Assembly (NCBI GenBank): GCA_005879535.1
Contig: VBKI01000047.1
Coordinates: forward strand, 88,731-152,730
Direction: 5' to 3'
Length of the DNA stretch: 64,000 nt
Source: Deltaproteobacteria bacterium
GTDB taxonomy: Bacteria > Myxococcota > Myxococcia > Myxococcales > 40CM-4-68-19
Below, piece by piece: positions 57,867 to 64,000 of this stretch (the stretch's first letter is position 1; each line of letters opens with the position of its first letter). The position numbers and the translations under genes were made by a program. Under the pieces are notes generated by a model. The model was given only the letters and a program-made list of their open reading frames with translations. It was not told the origin of the DNA and did no database searches.

Positions 57867-58698
57867 GTCCCTCGAAGACAACGTGGTCACCGATTTTCGC
57901 GATCGGATGACGTACGGCGGATACCTGCAGCTTGACAAGCTGCTCTCGGCGCAAACGCCGCTCAGCAACCCTCCGCACCATGACGAGATGCTGTTCATCA
58001 TTCAACATCAGACCAGCGAGCTGTGGTTCAAGCTCGTGCTCCACGAGCTCCGGGCGGCCATCGAATTCGTCCGGCGCGATCAGCTGGAGCCTACCTTCAA
58101 GATTCTCGCGCGAGTGAAGCACATCCAGGCCCAGCTCGTTTCGCAATGGGCCGTCCTGGCCACGCTGACCCCCAGCGAGTACGGGGAGTTCCGGCACGTG
58201 CTCGGGCCGGCCAGTGGCTTCCAGTCGCTCCAACACCGGGTGATCGAATTCATGCTCGGGAACAAGGACCAGCGGATGCTCGCGGTGCACGAGCAGAATC
58301 CGGCCGGCCACGCCGAGCTGCTTCAGGCGCTGAAGTCGCCAACGCTGTACGACGAGTTCCTCCGGCACCTGGCCCGTCGGGGCAAGCCCATTCCCCAGGG
58401 CGTTCTCGCCCGGGACGTGACGGAGCCCCACAGGAGCGATCCCGGCGTACGGGCAGTGGTCCGCGAGATCTACGAGAATCCGGCGGAGAACTGGGATGCG
58501 TACGAGATGTGCGAAAAGCTGATCGACGTCGACGAGCAGTTCGCGCTCTGGCGCTTCCGTCACGTCAAGGTGGTCCAGCGGATCATCGGCTGGAAGCGCG
58601 GCACCGGGGGGACTGCCGGAGTCGATTATCTGAAGAAGCTGGTCGACGTGCTGCTGTTCCCGGATCTGTGGGACGTGCGCACCGAGCTCAAGGGCTGA
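57865..58698 (+). CDS. kynA: tryptophan 2,3-dioxygenase
   Basis: ...[43 protein letters not shown]...GFQSLQHR...WRFRH... is typical bacterial TDO. ATG 57907 is an alternative start. Confidence 0.9.
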   Translation: MSLEDNVVTDFRDRMTYGGYLQLDKLLSAQTPLSNPPHHDEMLFIIQHQTSELWFKLVLHELRAAIEFVRRDQLEPTFKILARVKHIQAQLVSQWAVLATLTPSEYGEFRHVLGPASGFQSLQHRVIEFMLGNKDQRMLAVHEQNPAGHAELLQALKSPTLYDEFLRHLARRGKPIPQGVLARDVTEPHRSDPGVRAVVREIYENPAENWDAYEMCEKLIDVDEQFALWRFRHVKVVQRIIGWKRGTGGTAGVDYLKKLVDVLLFPDLWDVRTELKG

Positions 58699-58715
58699 GG
58701 CGACGCCGCCCGGGA

Positions 58716-60041
58716 TCAAACGACCCCGTGCGAGCGCAGCAGCGGTACCAGCTCCTGCTCCGCCAGGTGGACGCCGCGCTCGTAATCCGGCTGAGCCTGT
58801 TGCGCCAGCTCGGACAGGATGCGGAGCTGGATCTCCCCTGCCAGCAGCGCGATCCGGTACGGCACCCGGGTAAACGTCACGAGCTGGTAGCGGGTCAGAT
58901 ATCGCCCCGGCATCCTTTGTTGAAGACCGCGCTCGATCTCCCGCATGCGGAGGAACTCCGGGTCGGCGACCTTGTCGCGCATCTCGACGAAGTTCTCCAC
59001 CGCGAGGTCCGCGATGGCGTCGGTGTCGGGCTTGCGCGATTCGGCGAACCGGGCGAAGTCGCGCGCCCAGTCCCCCGTGAGCATTCCGGCGAGCAGCGCG
59101 ACGTCCTCGAAGCCGGCATTCATGCCTTGGCCAAAGAAGGGAACGATGGCGTGCGCGGCGTCGCCGATCAGCAGCGCGCTGCCGCGTGACCAGGGCCAGG
59201 CCTTGATCGTCGCCATCCGCCCGAGCGGCGCCTGCATGAACTGCGCGGCCAATCCAGGAATGAGCGGCACCGCGTCGGGAAACCACTTCTCGAAAAAACG
59301 GGCCGCATCCTCCTCGCCGACCAGCTCTGCGAACGACGGCGAGCCTTCGAAGGGCAAGAACAGCGTGCAGGTGAAGCTGCCGTCACTGTTCGGAAGCGCG
59401 ATCAGCATGAAGTTGCCGCGCGGCCAGATGTGCAGCGCGTTGCGATGCATCGCGAAGCCGCCCTCCCTCGGCGGCATGGTCAGCTCCTTGTAGCCGCTGG
59501 AGAGGACGTCCTGCGTCGCGCTGCCGGCCAGGCAGGCGCGCAGGGCGGAGCTGCTGCCGTCGCTTCCGACGATGACCTCCGCCGGCACCTCACCCACGGG
59601 ATCGAAGCGCGCTACGCGCCGGGCGAAGTCGTAGTCGACCAGCCGCTGCCCGAAGTGGATGCGGACGCGCCCCGTCTCCTCCGCCCTGGTCATCAAGAGC
59701 TTGTTGAGCTCGCCGCGGGACATCGAGTTGATGAACTCGCGTTCGCTGCGGCCGTAGGCAAGCAGGGCGAGCTTCCCGTCCAGTGCGTGCGTCATCCGGC
59801 CGAGCATCGGGACCGCCTGGCGGAGCACGTCGTCGTCGAGGCCTACCTCGTGCAGCGCATGGAGCCCGCGCGTGGAGACCGCCAGGTTGATCGAGCGGCC
59901 GGCGGAAATGCCCACGTGGCGCATGTCGGGCCGCCGCTCGTACACGTCGACCGCGTGCCCCTGGCGAGCGAGCATGAGCGCCAGCAGCGAGCCGACCGGC
60001 CCCGCTCCGACGACGACCAAATCAGGCATCGCCCAGCTCAC
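58716..60041 (-). CDS. kmo: kynurenine 3-monooxygenase (FAD-dependent)
   Basis: DLVVVGAGPVGSLLALMLARQGHAVDVYERR (Rossmann), ...GDAAHAIVPFFGQGMNAGFED... ATG 60029 is an alternative start. Confidence 0.85.
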   Translation of the reverse strand: MSWAMPDLVVVGAGPVGSLLALMLARQGHAVDVYERRPDMRHVGISAGRSINLAVSTRGLHALHEVGLDDDVLRQAVPMLGRMTHALDGKLALLAYGRSEREFINSMSRGELNKLLMTRAEETGRVRIHFGQRLVDYDFARRVARFDPVGEVPAEVIVGSDGSSSALRACLAGSATQDVLSSGYKELTMPPREGGFAMHRNALHIWPRGNFMLIALPNSDGSFTCTLFLPFEGSPSFAELVGEEDAARFFEKWFPDAVPLIPGLAAQFMQAPLGRMATIKAWPWSRGSALLIGDAAHAIVPFFGQGMNAGFEDVALLAGMLTGDWARDFARFAESRKPDTDAIADLAVENFVEMRDKVADPEFLRMREIERGLQQRMPGRYLTRYQLVTFTRVPYRIALLAGEIQLRILSELAQQAQPDYERGVHLAEQELVPLLRSHGVV

Positions 60042-61209
60042 CGATCAGCGCGCAGAGCCGCTGAACGTCCTCGAAGCCGTTGTAAAGCGGAGCAGGCGTG
60101 ATCCGGACGATGTCCGGGGGCCGCAGATCGACGATGGCGCCCCGCCTTTTCAGCTCGTTGACGGTTCCGGGACGCCGGAAGCGCACCGTCAGCATCGAGC
60201 CTCGGTCCTGTGGCGTGAGAATCTCCGCCCCGCGCTCGATCAATAGGTGTTCGAGATATCCCGTGAGCCGGTCGCCCTTGCGCCTCAGGGCCGGCATGCC
60301 GGCGCGGTCGAAAAGCTCCATCGAGGCCCGCAACGCCGCGAGCTGCAGGATGGGTGGATTCGACAGCTGCCAGGCTTCCGCACCGCGAATGGGCGAAAAT
60401 CGCGCCGCCATCTCGAACCTGCGCGCCTTGTCGTGGCCCCACCAGCCTTCGAACCGCGGCAACTGCGCATCGGCGTGCCGTTCATGGACGAAGACGCCGC
60501 CGAGACCGCCCGGCCCGGCGTTGAGATACTTGTAGTTGCACCAGACCGCGAAGTCGGGAGCGTCATCGTGCAACGAGAGCACGAGGTTGCCCGCTCCGTG
60601 CGCCAGATCGAAGCCGATGAGGGCGTCCTTCTCGTGTGCCGCCCGCACCAACGCCCGCATGTCGTACGCCCGGCCACTGACGTAGTTCACGTTGCCGATC
60701 AGCACGAGCGCCACGTCGTCGCGCTCCCGCAGCGTACGCAAGGGATCCTCGCTTTCCAGGACGGCGTCGGCGAATCCGTGGAACCGCGCCTGCGAGGCCA
60801 CCGCGTACCGATCCGAGGGAAACGCGCCCTTCTCGATCAGCAGCCGGTGCTTGCCGGGCCTGGGGCGGTAGAACGAGACCATCATCAGATGCAGGTTCAC
60901 CGACAGCGTGTTCATCACCACCACTTCGTGGGGCAGGGCACCGACGAGCCTCGCGGTCGCCGCGGTCAGCAACTCGTGATAACCGACCCAGGGATTGCGC
61001 GCGGCGAAGTGGCCGTCGACGGCGAGGCGCTCCCAGTCTTCCATCTCCTGCAGCACGTACTCGCGCGCACGCCGCGGCTGCAGACCGAGCGAATGCCCCG
61101 CGAAGTAGAGCGGTCCTGACTCGGGGAAGAGGAATTCCGCGCGCAAGGACCGCAAATCATCCGCCGCGTCCTCCGCCTGCGCCCACTCGAGCGAGTCCTC
61201 AAAGGTCAT
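60022..61209 (-). CDS. kynU: kynureninase (PLP-dependent)
   Basis: ...YFAGHSLGLQP...DLAHGAGN...WCNYKYLNAGPGG (PLP-Lys region)...WWGH... Confidence 0.9.
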   Translation of the reverse strand: MTFEDSLEWAQAEDAADDLRSLRAEFLFPESGPLYFAGHSLGLQPRRAREYVLQEMEDWERLAVDGHFAARNPWVGYHELLTAATARLVGALPHEVVVMNTLSVNLHLMMVSFYRPRPGKHRLLIEKGAFPSDRYAVASQARFHGFADAVLESEDPLRTLRERDDVALVLIGNVNYVSGRAYDMRALVRAAHEKDALIGFDLAHGAGNLVLSLHDDAPDFAVWCNYKYLNAGPGGLGGVFVHERHADAQLPRFEGWWGHDKARRFEMAARFSPIRGAEAWQLSNPPILQLAALRASMELFDRAGMPALRRKGDRLTGYLEHLLIERGAEILTPQDRGSMLTVRFRRPGTVNELKRRGAIVDLRPPDIVRITPAPLYNGFEDVQRLCALIGELGDA

Positions 61210-62194
61210 AGGCGGCCGCCTGGCGCCCCAGCCATTCGAGCGCAGTCCCGGATCTCAGCCGCTCCCGCACGTCCGCGGGCAGATGGAGCGAGTCGATCAA
61301 GCTGCCGGGGCGTTCTTCGCCCAGGGGGAAGGGATAGTCGCTGCCCAGCGCGATGCGGTCCGGCCCGAAGACTCCGAGAAGAAAGCGCAGAGCGCCCGCG
61401 TCGTGCACGAGCGAGTCGACGTAGATCCGCTTCAGGTACCGGGACGGCGGATGCGGATTGTCCACCGCGACCAGATCCGGCCGCGCCTGAAATCCGCGCT
61501 CGATCCTCCCCAGCGTTCCGGGGAAGGCGCCGCCGCCGTGCGCGAAGGCGATGCGCAGCCGCGGCAGCCGCTCGAGCACTCCGCCGAAGATGACCGAGCA
61601 GATGGCGAGCGAGACCTCCGCGGGCATTCCGACCAGCCAGGGCAGCCAGTACTTGCGCATCCGCGCCTCGCCCATCATGTCCCACGGATGCACGAACACC
61701 GCCGCGCCCAGCTCCTCGGCGCGCGCGAAGACCGGAAACAGCGCGGGCTCGGAGAGATTCCAGTCGTTCACGTGCGAACCGATTTCGATCCCCAGAAGGC
61801 CGAGCTGCGTCACGCAGCGATCGAGCTCCCGGACGGCGCGATCGGGGGCCTGCATGGGGAGCGTGCCGAGGCCGATGAATCTCCGCGGATGCTCCCGGCA
61901 GAGCGCCGCCACGTGGTCGTTCAGCAGGCGCGCGAGATCGTCGCCGCGCGCAAGTGGCAATTGGTAGGCGAAGAGGACCGGGACGGTGGAGAGCACCTGG
62001 AGGCCGACGCCCGCTTCGTCGCATTCCTTCAGGCGGATGGCGGGATCCCAGCAGTTGCTCCGGATCTCCCGGAACAGCGTTCCGTCCTCGCGCAGCAGGC
62101 GGGCGCCACACTCGTCGACCCGCTCGAGGCGCATCGGGCTCCAGCGCGGCAGCTCCGAAGGGAGCACGTGCGTGTGCACGTCAAGGCTTCGCAT
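61199..62194 (-). CDS. nbaD: 2-amino-3-carboxymuconate-6-semialdehyde decarboxylase (ACMSD, amidohydrolase_2)
   Basis: The ATG at 62194 gives MRSLDVHTHVLP... (HxH metal site). ...FVHPWDM...FAHGGGAFP...GSDYPFPLGE... Confidence 0.85.
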   Translation of the reverse strand: MRSLDVHTHVLPSELPRWSPMRLERVDECGARLLREDGTLFREIRSNCWDPAIRLKECDEAGVGLQVLSTVPVLFAYQLPLARGDDLARLLNDHVAALCREHPRRFIGLGTLPMQAPDRAVRELDRCVTQLGLLGIEIGSHVNDWNLSEPALFPVFARAEELGAAVFVHPWDMMGEARMRKYWLPWLVGMPAEVSLAICSVIFGGVLERLPRLRIAFAHGGGAFPGTLGRIERGFQARPDLVAVDNPHPPSRYLKRIYVDSLVHDAGALRFLLGVFGPDRIALGSDYPFPLGEERPGSLIDSLHLPADVRERLRSGTALEWLGRQAAAYDL

Positions 62195-62687
62195 GCTTGC
62201 GGCCGCACTTGCGGCAGGTCGTGTTCGCCGGGTTGCCCCAGTAGTGCTCGAACACCGGCGCAAGCTGCTGGACGATGTCGGTGAGGTGGAACGACTCCCG
62301 GTACAGCTCGCCGCCGCAGCCGTCGCAGACCCAGAGGAAGGTGTCCTTTTCCTGCGGCAGGCGACGCCGTTCGATGACGAGTCCGACCGTGTTCGCCGGA
62401 CGCTGCGGCGAGTGCGGCGTCTTCGGGGGGAGGAGGAAGATCTCGCCCTGACGGATGGGAACGTCGACGCGCTCGCCCTCCTGCAGCGTTCGCAAGACGA
62501 TGTCGCCTTCCACCTGGTAGAAGAACTCCTCTCCTTCGTTGACGTGATAGTCGGTACGGGCATTGGGCCCGCCCACCACGGTCACCATGAAGTCGCGGTC
62601 GCCCTCCCAGATCTGCGCATTGCCGACGGGTGGCTTGAGCAGATGGCGGTGCTCGTCGATCCACTTCCGGAAGTTGAGCGGTTTCAT
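62181..62687 (-). CDS. nbaC: 3-hydroxyanthranilate 3,4-dioxygenase (cupin)
   Basis: MKPLNFRKWIDEHRHLLKPPVGN...RTDYHVNEGEEFFYQVEGD...PHSPQRP... plus a C-terminal CxxC...CxxC rubredoxin-like site (CDGCG...CRKCG). Confidence 0.9.
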   Translation of the reverse strand: MKPLNFRKWIDEHRHLLKPPVGNAQIWEGDRDFMVTVVGGPNARTDYHVNEGEEFFYQVEGDIVLRTLQEGERVDVPIRQGEIFLLPPKTPHSPQRPANTVGLVIERRRLPQEKDTFLWVCDGCGGELYRESFHLTDIVQQLAPVFEHYWGNPANTTCRKCGRKHAKP

Positions 62688-63109
62688 CGGGACGCGACCT
62701 CCGCGATGCACTTGAGCTCGATGGCGATGGGGGTCGGCAGCGCCGTGACCTCCACCGTGGTCCTGCAGGGACGGACGGTGGCGAAATACTCCGCGTACAG
62801 GCGGTTGTAGGCGGCGAAGTCGCGCTGGATGTCCGTGAGGAAGACCGTCACGTCCACCAGGTCCTCCCATCGCGCCCCGGCATCTTCCAGGACGGCGCGC
62901 ACGTTGTCGAAGACGGAGCGGCACTGCGCCTCGATGTCGTAGCTCGCAACCGATCCGTCGGGCGCGAGCCGGACGCCGGGAATATCCCGCGAGTCGCGCC
63001 GGCGCGGCCCGATGCCGGAAAGGAAGAGGAGATTTCCGACCCGCCGCGCGTGCGGATACGGACCGACCGGCTCGGGTGCGCGCGACGACTTGAACTCGTT
63101 CGAGCTCAT
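62684..63109 (-). CDS. RidA/YjgF-family protein (2-aminomuconate-deaminase-like by context)
   Basis: ...APEPVGPYPHARRVGNLLFLSGIGP...VDVTVFLTD...PCRTTVEV..LP..IAIELKCIA. ATGA overlaps occur at both ends. Confidence 0.8.
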   Translation of the reverse strand: MSSNEFKSSRAPEPVGPYPHARRVGNLLFLSGIGPRRRDSRDIPGVRLAPDGSVASYDIEAQCRSVFDNVRAVLEDAGARWEDLVDVTVFLTDIQRDFAAYNRLYAEYFATVRPCRTTVEVTALPTPIAIELKCIAEVASR

Positions 63110-64000
63110 AGCTTCACGCAGACGTTCTTCGCTTCGGTGAAGAACCGCAGCGCGTCCATCCCGCCTTCGCGGCCGACGCCCGACTCCTTGACGCCTCCGA
63201 ACGGCGTGCGCAGGTCGCGCAACATCCAGCAGTTGACCCAGACGATCCCGCTCTGAAGCTGGGCGGCGACGCGATGGGCCCGCGACAGATCGCGAGTCCA
63301 CAGCGAAGCGGCGAGACCATAGCGTGTCGAGTTCGCGACCTGGACCGCCTCCTCCGCGGTCTCGAATGGAAGCAGCGTCGCCACCGGACCGAAGATCTCC
63401 TCCTGGTTGGTGCGGCAGGCGGGGCCCAGACCCTCGATCAGCGTGGGCTCCACGAAAAAGCCACCCGCGCATCGCCCGGGAACCACCGCCCGGCCGCCGC
63501 CGCAGAGAACGCGCCCGCCTTCCTGCTTTGCGACCGCCAGGCATCCCAACACCTTGTCGAGATGCTGGCGCGAGACGAGGGCACCCTGTTCGGTCGCAGG
63601 GTCGAGCGGATCGCCCATCTCGAGGGCGCGCACGCGCTCGACGAGCTCGTCGCGAACGAGCCCGTACGCGGATTTCTCGACCAGGATCCGCGAGCCGCAG
63701 AGACAGATCTGTCCGGTGTTCGAGAAGGCGGCGCGCACCGTTTGCGGGATGGCCTCGCGCAGGTCGGCGTCGGCGAAGATGACCGTCGGGTTCTTGCCGC
63801 CCATTTCCAGCGAGACCTTCTTGAACGAGCCGGCCGCCTCGCGGCCGATCTCGCCGCCAACGCGCGTCGATCCCGTAAAAGAGATGGCCCGGATCTCCCG
63901 ATGTGCGCACAACGGCGCGCCAGCCTTGGGGCCGAGACCCTGGACGACGTTCAGCACGCCGGGGGGAAATCCCGCCTCCGCTGCGAGCGCGCCGAGCAGG
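63106..64000 (-). CDS. NAD(P)-dependent aldehyde dehydrogenase, C-terminal part (2-aminomuconate-semialdehyde dehydrogenase by context); 5' end lies outside the window
   Basis: ...FTGSTRVGGEI...LEMGGKNP...GQICLCGSR (catalytic Cys)...EEIFGPV... The frame is open to nt 64000. Confidence 0.85.
   Translation of the reverse strand, partial: LLGALAAEAGFPPGVLNVVQGLGPKAGAPLCAHREIRAISFTGSTRVGGEIGREAAGSFKKVSLEMGGKNPTVIFADADLREAIPQTVRAAFSNTGQICLCGSRILVEKSAYGLVRDELVERVRALEMGDPLDPATEQGALVSRQHLDKVLGCLAVAKQEGGRVLCGGGRAVVPGRCAGGFFVEPTLIEGLGPACRTNQEEIFGPVATLLPFETAEEAVQVANSTRYGLAASLWTRDLSRAHRVAAQLQSGIVWVNCWMLRDLRTPFGGVKESGVGREGGMDALRFFTEAKNVCVKL

Noticed and set aside
54487-59286. 1599-aa minus-strand ORF
   Set aside because: Only its last 605 codons (54487-56304, the M2 peptidase) are protein-like. 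The remainder is out of frame with the BNR lipoprotein gene and antisense to kynA.

Overview
High-GC bacterial chromosomal window, about two-thirds G+C in the lines I counted. It is densely coding on both strands. I recognise about 58 protein genes and one tRNA (tRNA-Gln-CUG). I found no rRNA, CRISPR array, transposase, integrase or phage gene. Many very long ORFs in the six-frame track are antisense or out-of-frame artefacts of the GC content, so I called genes from recognisable family motifs, third-codon-position GC bias, signal peptides, Shine-Dalgarno sites and start/stop overlaps.

Main blocks:
- 1-12.2 kb: exported BNR/sialidase-fold, LVIVD and TPR proteins, a DUF885 peptidase-like protein, and a divergent pair of HKD phospholipase D and an NAPE-PLD-like MBL hydrolase.
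- 12.3-14.5 kb: operon of ArsR, a PLP dehydratase and a RidA::GGCT fusion.
- 14.5-16.3 kb: glnS preceded by tRNA-Gln.
- 16.3-20 kb: FAD oxidase, DUF1697, GH114 and a Vgb-like propeller.
- 20.3-30.9 kb: one long minus-strand array. It runs broken LivK-like binding protein, livHMGF, M20 peptidase, amidase, DUF1330, ECF sigma factor translationally coupled to a tail-anchored Ser/Thr kinase, two small membrane proteins, and a DUF4336-like protein.
- 31-38.4 kb: amidohydrolase, TonB-dependent receptor, oligopeptidase B and a thioesterase.
- 38.5-42 kb: two c-di-GMP genes.
- 42-45.5 kb: HAD::cupin fusion, DapA-family lyase and an acyl-CoA synthetase.
- 45.6-49.4 kb: frameshifted LolA-like::sortilin/BNR gene.
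- 51.2-57.9 kb: tandem zinc-ribbon protein, pepQ, POT transporter, ACE-like M2 peptidase and a BNR lipoprotein.
- 57.9-64 kb: kynurenine / 2-amino-3-carboxymuconate-semialdehyde tryptophan-catabolic cluster.

The most unusual element is a ~1.4 kb ORF-free locus at 49.4-50.8 kb. It is purine-rich on the minus strand and dense with hairpins. I could not assign it to any RNA class I know, so I treat it as a candidate large structured RNA.

At least four genes show frameshifts or internal deletions, which means either gene decay or indel errors in the assembly. A MYXO-CTERM-like tail, the ECF-sigma/kinase pairing and the many secreted propellers suggest a Myxococcota-like source. That taxonomic call is inference only.
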